Shown here in pieces: positions 36,455 to 50,091 of a stretch of 64,000 bases of DNA; the stretch's first letter is position 1; every line of letters starts with the position of its first letter. Location of the stretch: NCBI GenBank assembly GCA_964016885.1, contig OZ024755.1:31930001-31994000 (forward strand). Reading direction: 5' to 3'. The stretch is from Eledone cirrhosa. Lineage: Eukaryota. A program made the translations under genes and the position numbers. The notes under the pieces were generated by a model. The model was given only the letters and a program-made list of their open reading frames with translations, did not search any database and had not been told where the DNA came from.

Positions 36455-37082
36455 ATTATTATTTGCCTACTTAATCCTAAGAGGGTCATGGTAGCAGAGA
36501 TCTTAGACACACCTTCCAGAAGGTCCTATCAGAAACAACCATCACCAAATGATAAAGCTCATTGTAATTACAGTTGAAGACACACAAGGAAGAAAGTCAA
36601 TGTATTCAAATTTCTCTAAAGTCAGACTAAGCTCTTGTTTTACTTTCTACAACTAATTATTACAAATCTTCAACAATTATTCAATGCATCATGCTACATT
36701 CCTTTGCAATGGAGTTCTTCTCATTTTCAAACAATTCTACATATATCTATGTAACCAGACTACACTTATGTGGAAGGAAGCCGTTCATCTGATAACACAG
36801 TTAAACTTCTGCAATGCTTCTTTTTTTTTTCTATCTGTATTAGCTAATTCTGGCATCCTACTTGTTTCGATTTGCTTCACTCCTTCACCTTTGTGTATTA
36901 TACATATACTAAATTGGTATTGCTTTCTATATGAATTCCTTTCCTGTTTAATTGCTCCACTTATATACTAACGTACATCAATTCAAATATAGTGTTAACC
37001 ACAACTACCATACAGATCATGCTAGATCTTCAAATTTAGGAGAATCTTTGATCTGAACACCTGTCTTTAAATAAAAATTATT

Positions 37083-37717
37083 TTAACCCTTTAGCATTCA
37101 TATTATTCTATATATGTTATTATATTTTCACAGTAAAGGCTTTATCTCACATAGCATTTACATTATTCTATATTTACTATTATATTTTCACGGTAAATAA
37201 TATCAAATCAACGAGATTTTGAGAACAATACTTTAACATAAGTATGAGCAGCCAGTTACAACTGGTTTGAACAAAGAGGTGAGAAAATTCTGGCTGGATA
37301 CAGCCGGTTTAAATGCTAAAGGGTTAATCTTACGATGTTAACTTTTGCAGTAATCTTTCCCATTGGACATACAAGTGCTATTATTATCTGACAATGTATC
37401 TATTAAATGGAACTGTTGCAAGACATAGAGAACACTGCCATTTTATACAAAATAGGCCAAAACTCTAGAAGCTTAGTCAATGTATTGATCCTAATTCCTA
37501 AATGTAACCCGAAACTGAATGCACAAATAACATTACCTAGTAGTAAACTAGCCCAACATGAATAACTGTTAATAAATATATTTATGATGAAGGGCAGCTC
37601 TTAAGCTCTTATGATTTCTTACAGCTCCTCTAAGATAGGTAGAAGAGACAGAGAAAGAACCACGAGTGGTGAGTTACTACTGGAGGAAGCAGCACAGTTT
37701 AAGTGCTAAATGGTTAA
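37083..37717 (+). mobile_element. Composite piggyBac-type MITE carrying a copy of 24540-24908
   Basis: Left TIR at 37083, right TIR ending 37327, duplicated unique flank, then a second right TIR gtttaagtgctaaatggttaa at 37697-37717. Confidence 0.85.
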
Positions 37718-38017
37718 GGCAATTCTCCAACAAAGGACTAAAGTTCTAGGCACAACATAAAATAGTCAAATCAATGACAGAATAAATCAAAATTTTTTCT
37801 TTTTTATATTTTTTGTTTTCACAAGATAGTGAGAAAATGAGGAAAGTTTCTGTGATATTTGCAAGCATTCCAATGCTGGTGTGATTCATGCAACTAATGT
37901 CAAACCTCACCAATATCAGCTAATGAATACCACCAGGAAAAAAGAACTAAATGCTTGCAACAGTAGGGATTTTGTTAAAGACAGTCAAGAAGATGGTGAT
38001 GGTGTTAAACAGGCAGT

Positions 38018-38208
38018 TTACATTACTCGATTTACATTTACTCTATCATATTTTCATGGTAAAGGCTTCACCTCACATAATATTGGATCTTCGAAATTTT
38101 GATATTGTTTATTTTGAGAACGATACCTTATTATGAGTGGCCAGTTTGAACAAAAAGAGGTGAGAGAATTCTGGCAAGATATGGCTGGTTTAAATGATAA
38201 AAGGTTAA
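38018..38208 (+). mobile_element. piggyBac-type MITE family 1 (left end lost)
   Basis: Family body and right end taaatgataaaaggttaa. Confidence 0.8.
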
Positions 38209-39026
38209 ATGCATACCATCCAAAGATATTGGTTTTGTTTGAGCTTCTAACTTCTTTGCCATAGAAAAAAAATTATACACGATTGAAAAGATTTTGTATC
38301 AATCATAATAGGTTTTATAAAAACTACAACTTCACAATTAAACCCAGATAAGTAAACCTTAAAATCATTTAGCTATACAAAAAGTGTTGTAATGACAAAA
38401 ATATTGATTTAATTTATGCTCTAACCCAATTTCAATTTGTGGTTGCAGTTCATTTATGCTGATTAACAGACATTAACATAAATGGTAAAGTCAAAATCTA
38501 GATAAATCCATTCCATACTCTACTTGAAATGAATGTTGATAACCCAATGCTTGTGTGAATACATACATATATCAAACAAGGGAAATTTATGTTAAATGGT
38601 GTGTGTGTGTGATATGAACTTTCAACCTCTTCAAAGAAGAATCTCTCTCCTGGATTCTTTCACATAGGTAATGTCTGTGAAACATATATAAACACCAGGT
38701 CCGAACACAAAGGAACCAATCTCCCACTGCCTCCATCTCTCCTGCTCTGCCCATCATTCAATGTTATAAGCAAATGGGGGCCTACGCCCTGGCAGAGAGA
38801 ATAGAGGTGTTTACTTGGAGGATGGTGAGGGAGACATGCTGGAAGAGCCATTCCTTCCTAGTTCTAAACATAAAATTCAACACATTTCGGGGTTAAGTCA
38901 AGAAATTATACTTTTCAGTGAGACATAGATCGCATCACTTTCAGAGTAGAGATGTGGAATTGATTCTATCTCAAGTTCTGAAGGAGTCAGTGTTAGGTCT
39001 GTCTTAGGTTATAAATATATTTTCTG

Positions 39027-39303
39027 TTAACCCTTTAGCATTCACATTATTTTATATTTGTAATGAACTGGGTAATTGCTGGGCTTGTGCCTAAAGTAGA
39101 AACAATTATTTTATATTTACTATTATATTTTCATGGTAAAGGCTTCACCTCACATAATTATCTCACATAATATCGAATCTATGAGATTTTGAAAGTACTT
39201 ATTTTGAGAACAATACCTTAACATCAGTTTGAGCGACCAGTTACATCCAGTTTCAACAGAAAGAAGTAGAGAATTTTGGCCGGTTTGAACACTAAAGGGT
39301 TAA
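39027..39303 (+). mobile_element. piggyBac-type MITE family 1 with a 45-bp SINE A 3' tip (39060-39104)
   Basis: 14-bp TSD attattttatattt (39046-39059 / 39105-39118). Confidence 0.88.
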
Positions 39304-40501
39304 TCCTATGTAGCTTTTGCAGTTTTTAGGATGTGGTGTTGCTTCAATTGCATTCTGCCAAATAGGGTAAGGTCTTTTTATTTTTATAACTTTGATTGTG
39401 GTTGAACATTTGGAATGAAATGTAATGTTATTTAAATAGCTGTAGCTAACCTTAACATTATTCTTATTGTAGAGCTTATAATATTTGTGTATTATGGGGG
39501 AATGCTAAGTTATCAAATATATTCTATACAATATGTGGATTTTTTCTTCTTAGTTTTTCTGTTTTGTTAAATCTTTTTCTATATTTACTGTTCTGTGGGG
39601 ACATTTTCAAAATATCTAGATGTTTATTTATTTTTGTTGTTGTTAGCAAATACGAACATTTGCTGGTGTTTCTAATGGATTTTATGTGGTCATTTAAAAG
39701 ATTTGGGAAACATAGTATGGTGTCTAGATCTAGGTTGATTTGATCAATTTCCCAATTTCGAAAGTTCTGGTTTTTAAGTGTGTCAGTTTGGGGGGGTTAT
39801 TTGCACCTCCTAACTAATTGTATGTGAGTCAGGGATGTCTTTTACAAAGCTGCGGGTTTTCTGCCTTATTTGCCTGGTGTGTTTGATATTATCAGAATGT
39901 TTTTTATAATAGCTATCTCGCTTATAGAAGTGGCAGGTTTTTTTACTTTATGGGTCTGTAACTCCTGGTGGAGCTATACGAGTGCTGTTGTCATATATGA
40001 TGTGTCTTGGGTAATTTAAACCTGGCAGAACCCATCCCCTCTTCATATCTAAATGCAGCTAATTTCTTCTAGAGAATGAGAGAGAGAGAGAGATCAAATC
40101 TAGTACTGGACAGGTCCTATAATTTTTATTGATCTTAAAAGAATGAAAGTTAACCTCAGTGGGATTTGAACTCAGATAGTACAGAAAACTAGAATGAATA
40201 TTGCATCTGATGTTTTAATCATCATCATCATCATTAATGACTCTGCCAATTCACCACTTTCAGGTATATTTACCATTTCTCGAGAAATACATTGTTACCA
40301 ATCAGCAGCCAGCTAACTCTTGCTGGCATGTGTCTTATCACATGACAGCCAGCTAACTCTTGCTGCCATGTGTCTTATCACATGACCAAAACTGACAAAT
40401 ATTTACTTCTGCGTTCACAGATTGATTTTTTTTTAGTTTCAGAAGATCCCGTTAAGGGTGAAAGCAGTGATTCTTTGCTTAAACTTTAATCTGTTATTTT
40501 A

Positions 40502-40540
<39 letters not shown>

Positions 40541-41017
40541 CATTTAAATTTGGTGGTTCACCACTGGGTAGAATTGGTCATTCTGCAATGTTAATCATGA
40601 TGTAATAGTAGGAAAGCACTCGACGTTATGCAGCTCATCCATCTTTGATGTTGAGTTCTACTGGTGGTGTGGGAACGGAATGAAATATATTATTATCTTG
40701 TCATTTTACTTCATAATATATATATATATATATATGTATCTATGTAAGTATATGTGTGTGTGTGTGTGTATGTATATATGTGAATATATATGTATGTATG
40801 CGAAAAATAAACAGAAAAAACAACAAAGCAAACAATACAGTACAATATATTAGTTTAATGCTTGATATAGTAGGAAAAGAATCTTAATGTTTTGAATGCT
40901 AATCCTTCATGAGAAGATAGAATGGGGAATAAATAAAAAATAGAAAGATAAATGTGAGATAAAATGCTGTGAGTGAAGCATGTGTGTCCAATCAGCCATA
41001 TAAATATATATAATAAC

Positions 41018-41840
41018 TGTTTCTACTTTTGGCACAAGGCCAGCAATTACCCCAGTGCATTACTGGTACTTTATTTTATCGACCCCGTAAGGATGAAAGG
41101 CAAAGTTAACCTCGGCGGGATTTGAACTCAGGATGGCAAGGGCCGTTACTCTATGCATCAAAGCATGGTGTCCGACCCTCTACCGATACTGCCAGTCCAC
41201 CAAAGTTAACCTCGGCGGGATTTGAACTCAGAATGGCAAGGGCCGTAACTCTATGCGTCAAAGCATGGTGTCCAACCCTCTACCGATACTGCCAATCCAC
41301 CAAAGTTAACCTCGGTGGGATTTATAATAATAACTGTTTCTACTTTTGGCACAAGGCCAGCAATTACCCAGTACATTACTGGTACTTTATTTTATCGACC
41401 CCCCCCCCCCCCCCATCCCGTAAGGATGAAAGGCAAAGTTAACCTCGACGGGATTCTAATAAGTGCTAGATAGACTTGTTATACGCAAGTTATTATGTCG
41501 TGGCCACTGGACATAGATGAAAGCCCTCACTTCTTGTTTACTAAGACCTGAAGATTTTTGAGGAATTATAAGTATTGCTTCTAAGATCTCTCAATTTATC
41601 TCTTTGATCTGTTAGACAATAATTGTTTTTACTTTTGGCACAAGGCCAGCAATTACCCCCGTGCATTACTGGTACTTTATTTTATCGACCCCGTAAGGAT
41701 GAAAGGCAAAGTTAACCTCGGTGGGATTTGAACTCAGATCGTAAAGTGCTGTAACTCTATACTGCAAAGCATGGCGTCCAACTCTCTGCCAATCCACCAC
41801 CATACGTGAAGGTAAAGGGCCGTAACTCTATGCTGCAAAG
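41018..41840 (-). mobile_element. Cluster of SINE family A copies and partial head duplications
   Basis: Three 3' ends (about 41018, 41335, 41623) and repeated caaagttaacctcgg(c/t)gggattt. Confidence 0.85.
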
Positions 41841-42090
41841 CTCTTGCTATTTCAACAGCTAGTTCAACATGACAAAAGACCAAGGTTAACTACTTACATT
41901 CATTTTTTTATTTCTACATCCGTTTCAATACAGTTACAAGAGTACATCCATTTGCAAAACAAATGGAAATGATTTTATATATATATATATAGACACACAC
42001 ACACATACATATATATATACAGACATATATATATATATTTATATATATGTATATTTATATATATGTATATATATATATTTATATATATGT

Positions 42091-42130
<40 letters not shown>

Positions 42131-42137
<7 letters not shown>

Positions 42138-42450
42138 TCATTCCTGTTGTACTTCCATGCTAGCATGGGCTAGACGAGTTGTCCTGTTGTGGGCAATGCC
42201 AGGTCAGGTGACCATGTCTTGCTCATACAGAACTGATTTTATATATATATGTCTGTATATATATATGCATATATATAAATATATATATATTTATATATAT
42301 GCATATATATATACAGACATATATATATAAAATCAGTTCTGTATGAGCAAGACATGGTCACCTGACCTGGCATTGCCCACAACAGGACCACTCGTCTAGC
42401 CCATGCTAGCATGGAAGAATGGATGTACAACAGGAATGATGATATATATA
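42131..42450. repeat. Near-perfect palindrome (~150-bp arms) centred in AT-rich microsatellite near 42285
   Basis: catgtcttgctcatacagaactgattttatata... mirrored by ...tatataaaatcagttctgtatgagcaagacatg. Confidence 0.92.
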
Positions 42451-42474
42451 TATATATAAAGTACAGATATCAGA

Positions 42475-42527
<53 letters not shown>

Positions 42528-42962
42528 ACAGATATCAGAAAGACAAGGGTAATGCCAAGTGGTAAAGCATGTGGTGCATTGAAAAGAACAGAAAGATAAC
42601 AGAAAAGTGTAGTATATGTTGAAGTGAACGCCATTAAATGTATGATATGTGATAGGTAAATACATTGAAAATGTAGTGGTGTGGAAAGAATGAATCATGT
42701 AGCAGTTACATTTAAGTGTAAGGTGTGTATGGGAGATCCTGCAGAGGGAGGTCTGGGAAGTGGTGTGAACACTGAAGGTATGAAAACATTCAGTTAACTT
42801 GGAGATATGTGAGTATGCATGTACTTGTCTGTACACATTCATATATACATGTTTTGATTAAAGGTGTAATGAAGGTAAATTAATAGAAGTAGAAGTAGAT
42901 TGGGCGACTTGCTTATATCAGAGTGAGTCTTCTCCAGCATTTGTTTGTACATACATCTAAAT

Positions 42963-43199
42963 CAGGCATGTCAAACTGAGGGTCACATGGGTCACATATG
43001 TGTTGTCTGAGGGTCACATGGGTCACATGTGTTGTCTGAGGGCCACACATGACAATTAATTTTTTTTTATTTTATATTACAAAGATAAAACATGCTTGCA
43101 CTGTAAAAACCTTTGTGCGGGCCGCAGGTGTGCCTGTAAAGGGCTGCGGGCCGCAGGTGTGCCTGTAAAGGGCTGCGGGCCACATGTTTGACATGCCTG
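42963..43199. mobile_element. hAT (Charlie-like) MITE
   Basis: Perfect 14-bp TIRs caggcatgtcaaac / gtttgacatgcctg and perfect 8-bp TSD atctaaat (42955-42962 / 43200-43207). Confidence 0.92.
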
Positions 43200-43554
43200 A
43201 TCTAAATAACTGCTCCACACACTGTCAAGTTCTACCTATAAATGTTGTAAATGAAGAGCTCACAGATGAAGAGCCTGCGACTGCAATACACATTAATAAA
43301 CATCCATACACCATTAAGGAAACGTTATCTTATACATGTTATTGAGAAGCTGAAAAGTCTGATTAGACACATGTACTGGAAAACTGAACACATTTATGAC
43401 TTCAAATCATGGAAATACCCTCCCCACAGATTATGGATTTTGAAAGCTTCAAAGTGGACTTGATAAACCTCATCAAAAAGGTAAGGTTTCGGCAACATTC
43501 TAAACCCTTTCTAAACACCCTAAACAATTGCATAACCCACCTCAAACAATCTCC

Positions 43555-43754
43555 TTAACCCTTTAGCATTTACATTACTAAATATATACTATTGTATTTT
43601 ACGATAAAGGCTTTATCTTTCATATTGTCAAATCTATGAGATTTTGGAGAACAATACCTTAACATCAGTATGAGTGGCCAGTTATGGCTGGTTTGAACAA
43701 AAAGTGGTGAGAGATTCTGACTAGATACGGCTGGTTTAAATGCTAAAGGGTTAA
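43555..43754 (+). mobile_element. piggyBac-type MITE family 1 nested in the PLE
   Basis: Both TIRs and TTAA duplication. Confidence 0.9.
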
Positions 43755-44015
43755 TGTACATATCTCACTAACAAAACAAAGAACATGTATGAAAGAAACA
43801 TCACTGTAGAAAAAATACTTCTTTCTTTTGATAATTACCAACATCAGAAAACTAATATCTCAACATATAGCAATATAAACACTGAAATGAAGGAACTAAC
43901 CACTCTCCTAAAGTTAGAATGCCACTTCCCAGCAACTGCCCCTTTCCTCATGTCACCCTTGAGGAACACAAACCAAATTTTCTCTCCAATCCTAAGTACA
44001 GACTGATCAATCCCT

Positions 44016-44212
44016 TTAACCCTTTACCATTTACATTACTCTATATATACTATTGTGTTTTCACATAATATTGAATCTATGACATTTTGATATGATATAT
44101 TTTGAGAACAATACCTTAACATCAGTATGAGTGGCCAGTTACAGCCGATTTAAACGGAAAGAGGTGAGAGCATTCTGGCCGGATACAGCCAGTTTAAATG
44201 CTAAAGAGTTAA
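44016..44212 (+). mobile_element. piggyBac-type MITE family 1 nested in the PLE
   Basis: Both TIRs and TTAA duplication. Confidence 0.9.
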
Positions 44213-47200
44213 AAGTGAGATAGGTAGAATTAGTAAGCATATTCTTAATGGTAGCAACTCTAACAAGAGTGACTGGTTTAGTCCAATGGGACTTCAACAA
44301 TTCCATCATCAACTGGTTCTGTAACATTGATAATAAAGAAACCTGTAGGCTTACCCAGTTCAACATCATAGACCTTTGCCCTTCCATATCAAAAGCCCTG
44401 TAACAATTCATTAGAATCAGCAGCAGCCTCAATATATGAATAATTTCCAATGTTTGGAAGTCACTCATGTTCCACAACAATTTTCACTGGATTAGAAATG
44501 AAGAGGAACCACTATTCAATATATCCATGGTAAGGAACAACAAGGCTGAGTTCACTAAGCTTGTTGGATTATTTATCCTGGATATTCTAAGGAATGTACA
44601 CACCATCAATAGTTCAACCCTGTGTAGAGTTGCTAGTTTGGTAACATTAAGCAATATGAATGGATGAATTTAGGACAAATCTAATCAAAATATTGAAAGT
44701 ATTTAGTCTAAACATAACTGCCACTACTAATTTAACCAAAGTCAGCTTCCTGGACATTACTCTAGAACTCAGAACAAGAAAGTACTCAAGTACTATCCTT
44801 GTAGGAAGCCTAATGAGGAAACTATTTACATACACAAGAACTCCACCACAGTTATTGTTAGAAACCTAGTATTTAGTATTAGCAGAAGAATTTCTAATTT
44901 ATCATGTAATAGAAATATCTTCTGCAGGGCTGCACCGCATTATAATAAGGCATTAGTGAGAAGTGGTATTAATTAGAAGTTAATATGCAGAGTTAAGAAG
45001 AGAAATGTAATCGGGTTTAATCCACCAGGCAACCTAGATATCTTCACCAACATAGCTAGAAACTTCCTATTCCTAATTAGACAGCACTTCTCATGTGCCC
45101 ATAAGTACTATATAAACTTTAATTAATTCCCATGATAATAGAGTTAGTTACTGCTGCCTACATAACATTGCTTCTACCATTGCACAGCACAACAAAAAAG
45201 AACATGCACTTACACTGACCACCACTCCATGCACCAGCATGCAACTGCCGAAAACCCACTAACTGTCCACTGAGGGATCGTGCCTCTCAAAGGCTGTGGT
45301 CTATAGAGTCCCACTCATTACTAGTTGTTACTGAGAAACAACACAGGCCAGGCAGCCAATAACTTTAAGGGAAGATTCACTTAGCAGATGAACTCTTTCA
45401 GATGCAGGGTCAGAAAAAACTCCACCTCCCTGTCCATTTCATATTGAGACCCTAGAACCAAGAAAATGACTGCCTCAAAATCACATGAGGCATCATTGAC
45501 ATGCCCCCTCCTTACTTATCAGAGGTCAGAACTATCTGCTCTGCTCTTCTGAGGAGCTTCACATATTGCAACAGTCTCCTGTATCCATTTACAAGATATC
45601 ATTTTGTTGCTTCAAAGGATAGCACTGTTAAGCAAATTCAAACTCTAAAACTCTGCAAAAACCATCTTAGCTCCTTCTGGACCTTGTGCACATGGAAGGT
45701 AAATAACCCTTATGTTCCACATCACCACTGCTAACAACCAGCAAACATGTGTAACACCAGCAAGTACAAGGAACAATGACTATAAATACACAAGGTGCTG
45801 TCATAAAACAGCTCTGTTATTGCTAAACTGCAACCTTCCATATACAGCAGAAAAACGAATGCCACCTTCCCATGATGGTTAAAGAGCAAGAATAATTGTA
45901 GCAGTTCTTTAAGCTCCATCATGGGGCTTGAATCACTCCACGATTCCCATTTGCAGCCATATTTTTAATCTCCAGTACTTCATTCCTACCATATCTGAGG
46001 AGTTAGGCATGCCTACAGAACCAATGGTAATGCTTGGATAAGTCAAACAGTTAATACATATATTTAAATTCCACATTATTACGCTTTTCATTTGTTTGTA
46101 TGCACTGCTGAGTGTGTATGTATATATATATATATATATTGTGTGTGTGTGTGTGTGTGTGCTTATGTTTATGCATATATTTATATATGCAAGCTTGTTT
46201 GTGAACACCCTTCTGTATCTGTTTATTTTATTACTAACCAAATTCTTCCAGCCACACTAAACCTACACAATTCTACTGCAGGATTTGTCACTATTCATTT
46301 CAAAATACACTCCTAATTTAATTGAACCCTTTTCCCTTTCTCTTTCTTTCTCTCCCCTTTCCACAACCCTGTTCTCTTTATATAGTTTTGATTCTTACTT
46401 TTATCATTTATATGTTCATTTTGAAAAAAAAAATGTTAAGCTCTATATAACATTCTGACCCCAATTTCTTGTCATTGAGACCTTTGGTGTCCCCAACCCT
46501 CAGACTGTCATTTTCCTCAGCCAAATCAGGACAACGATATCTCTTCTGAGGAAGGAGCTTCACAAGGTGGAATATCTGATGCAGTGGATAATGCTGGCTA
46601 TTCTTTACGTCAATACTTTCACAATTGCGTCCATGGGTGTAGAGTTTGCTCCCACCCTGTTTCTTTCTCACATTTGTTCTTTATTTTTCCTCTGTGTGTT
46701 CTTTTTGTTTTAATTGTCATTATGATATTGTAAATGTATTTTGATTTCAAAAGGTATTTCTTTAACTATTTAAAATAATGTTGTGTTTTTTTTTTTAAAT
46801 TCCACTTCTATTCAAACATTCCTCCTCCAGCCATAAACCAAATAACACCTCTCATGTATTAAAATTCCAAACCATACATTCATGTCTATGTGGGTGTTGG
46901 TGTATATTTATACATATATTTATATATGCAAGCTTATTTTACTAATCATAACTTCCACTCAGTGTTCCCAACTTTGTCAAGGACTAGCTTTGAGATTAGC
47001 TCTTCCAAAACAGCGACAATTTGTCGTTGACATAGGACATCTGGACATATAAAGGGCCCCACTATCTCAAATAACTTAGGGCCTCATCAAATCTAAATCC
47101 GGCCCTGTATATATATATATATGAATGAAAACAGCAATCAACATATAAAATTGAAAATTCAATACATAACTTCCACTCAGTGTTCCCAACTTTGTCAAGG

Positions 47201-47251
47201 ATTAGCTTTGAGATTAGCTCTTCCAAATCTGAAGATTTGCATATACAGCTG

Positions 47252-47417
47252 CAGATATATACAGAGTGGGATTTACGTATAAGCTAAACAAGCTATAGCT
47301 TAGGGCCCCCACACAAAAAACAGCGACAATTTGTCGTTGACATAGGACATCTGGACATATAAAGGGCCCCACTATCTCAAATAACTTAGGGCCTCATCAA
47401 ATCTAAATCCGGCCCTG
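47252..47417. mobile_element. hAT-like MITE (partial duplicate at ~47008-47107)
   Basis: Ends cagagtgggattta / taaatccggccctg fit a CAGGGCCGGATTTA TIR. Confidence 0.6.
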
Positions 47418-48580
47418 GATCGTCATCATCATCATCATCATCATCATCATCGTTTAACGTCCATGTTCCACGCTTGCATGGGTTTGAACGGGAGTTTTCC
47501 CACTTGAGGCAAGAGTGGTTGTCTTGCTCGCATAGGACTGTCTGGCGGGTTTTCTACAGCTGGATGCCCTTCCTAACACCAACCACATTTACAGTGTGGG
47601 ACTGGGAGGTTTTTACTGTGTTACCTACACGGCCACATTACAGCGTGGACTGTGTGTTTTTTTTTTTTGTCGTGACACCTACACGATCTCATTTGTTTCG
47701 GCCTGGATGTTGTAGCACCAACATAACTTTACATTGAAAGGGGCGGTGGGGGTGGTGGGACGGGGGTGTATTTTGTTAGAGGTGCCTACTGACTGTAGTA
47801 GGTTTTACTTTGTATTTAGGTAAGGCGGGTCTTCTCTATTACTGAGTACCGCCAAAGATCTCGGTCCAGTGACATTGTCTTGGAGAGATGTAAGCGTGTG
47901 AGGTCGGAATTTATCAGGTCGTCCCAGGTTTTTCTGGGTCTGCCTACTCTGTGGCTACCGTCTATCTTTATTGCCCTGCACTTTTTTATACAGCTGTCGT
48001 CTTTCGGATATATATATATATATATGAATGAAAACAGCAATCAACATATAAAATTGAAAATTCAATATATGAATTAATATTTTGACTTATCAGTGCCTAA
48101 CCATTAGCTTCATTAGACATAAACAAACACATTTGAAGAATTAGACTGTTTACATATAATGAAACTAATGTCAATGCATTGATAACTCCAACTGTTAGTA
48201 CATATGTCTATACATGTGTGTATACATATGTCCCAAATGTATACACACTTTGATTACCTGTACAGGCAATATTTATTAGAATACACAGTCTGTATGTATA
48301 CATTTTTTGGAACACCCTGTATAATAAAGACCCATATACAATATGCTTGTGTATAATAAACATATATATAGTCTCATTATAGGTATTTTAAACTGTGATC
48401 ATATCACAGCTACTTAAGTAGTTGTGTATAAGTGCTGGATATGTATTTTAAAATTCATTAATTCTTCATCAGCAGACAATTACTTACTATGAAAATCTGA
48501 TTTAAAAGAAGCTTATTTGCTCCTATAGGTCTTATAAATGAGCTATTTTTGTTTATAGCTTATTTATATATTGTGAAGGC

Positions 48581-48771
48581 TTAACCCTTTAGCATTTAAA
48601 CCGGCCATATCCAACCAGAATTCTCTCATCTCTTTCTGTTCAAATTAGCCATAACTGGCCACTCGTACAAACATTAAGGTATTCTTCTCAAAATAAAAAA
48701 AACATTAAAAAAAACATCTCATTGATTCGATATTATGTGATGTAAAGCCTTTACCGTGAAAATACAATAGT
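48581..48771 (-). mobile_element. piggyBac-type MITE family 1, reverse orientation, truncated
   Basis: ttaaccctttagcatttaaaccggcc is the family right end reversed. Confidence 0.85.
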
Positions 48772-49315
48772 GTACTGAGTGTGTTTTATCATGGCACCAA
48801 CACTACCACTTTACAGATTGGATTGAGTGTATTTTATTATGGCACTAACACTACCCCTTTACAGAGTGTACTGGATGTGTTTTATTATGGCACTGCCTTG
48901 GACACTGTCAGACAGAAAGTCCTATAGAAGATGATAACATCATCATATTCATCATCATCACTGCCACCATAGGTGTAAACCTGAAGATATTTCAAATTGT
49001 AAATACAATACTGAGTGTGCCATCCATGGTCATGGCTGCTCTGCTGATAGATTGGTTTGAAGTACACAAAGACCTGATACAATGTTTGCTATCTCCCATT
49101 TTCTTATCAACATCTTCCTGGAATTTGTCATGAAAGATCATCCAGCAACCTCATCCGAAATGGACTCAACAATTGATCTCCACGTGGGTCTGTCGTTCAT
49201 TGCCATTGCCAAGTCCTGGATTTCAATACCAGAACCTCTGGAGATGACATCGGGATAGGATGAAATCCTAGCCCTACAAAACAAACTAAACTTTCATTTC
49301 AAAATCAGACATTTC

Positions 49316-49582
49316 ATCATCATCATCATCATCATCATCATTCGTCGACTACTGTCGAGATGATGGATCTCACTCTCATGCCCCAGAATTCCCTGTCCCC
49401 CCATCGCCGCCCCCAGGTCCTGTCTACTGATCCCTGTATCCCTAGAGATAACGTCAGGGAATGACAGCTTCCTACTCCTAGTCAGGCTGGAGTCAGGGTT
49501 CCAGAGCAAGAGAGCGGATATGATTTCATTGCTGGCACGGTGACAGTGACCAGCAAATTGAGCTCTCCGGGATTTTAGACTT
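49316..49582 (-). mobile_element. LINE 3' end (same family as 18831-19154)
   Basis: LKSRRAQFAGHCHRASNEII; (CAT)n on the + strand. Confidence 0.85.
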
Positions 49583-49813
49583 AATGGCCTGATATCAATC
49601 ATCAGCTTCTTCTTATCGTGTTGCTTGTGGTGGTGATAGGATTAGCAATATCAATACTCCCAGGGTCGTGGTGCGGACACTCCTATCTTAACTCCTATCA
49701 TCAGCTAACTGGAAGTGTTTAGTAAGTGCTAGATAGGCTTGTTATACAGAAATTATGATGTAGTGACTGCTGGACATGAATGAAAGCCCTCACTTTATCT
49801 CTTTGATCCCTGT

Positions 49814-50000
49814 TGTTTCTACTTTTGGCACAAGGCCAGCAATTTCCCCAGTGCATTACTGGTACTTTATTTTATCGACCCCATAGGGATGACAGGCAAA
49901 GTTAACCTCAGCAGGATTTGTACTCAGAACGTAAAGGGGCATAACTCTATGCTGCAAAGCATGGTGTCTGACGCTCTACCAATATTGCCAATTCACTGCC
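49814..50000 (-). mobile_element. SINE family A
   Basis: Family core, reverse complement. Confidence 0.85.
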
Positions 50001-50091
50001 TATATATCTCTGTTGGTAATAATATTATTGATAAAGGCTTATCTTGTAATGTGAGCAGTAATTGGATTTATATGGGGTATTCCTTACTGCT

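Larger units (their letters stand above)
43240..45640 (+). mobile_element. Decayed Penelope-like retroelement (RT plus GIY-YIG endonuclease), interrupted by two MITEs
   Basis: Fragments [77 protein letters not shown] and FKGRF resemble PLE pol motifs; many stops. Confidence 0.75.
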
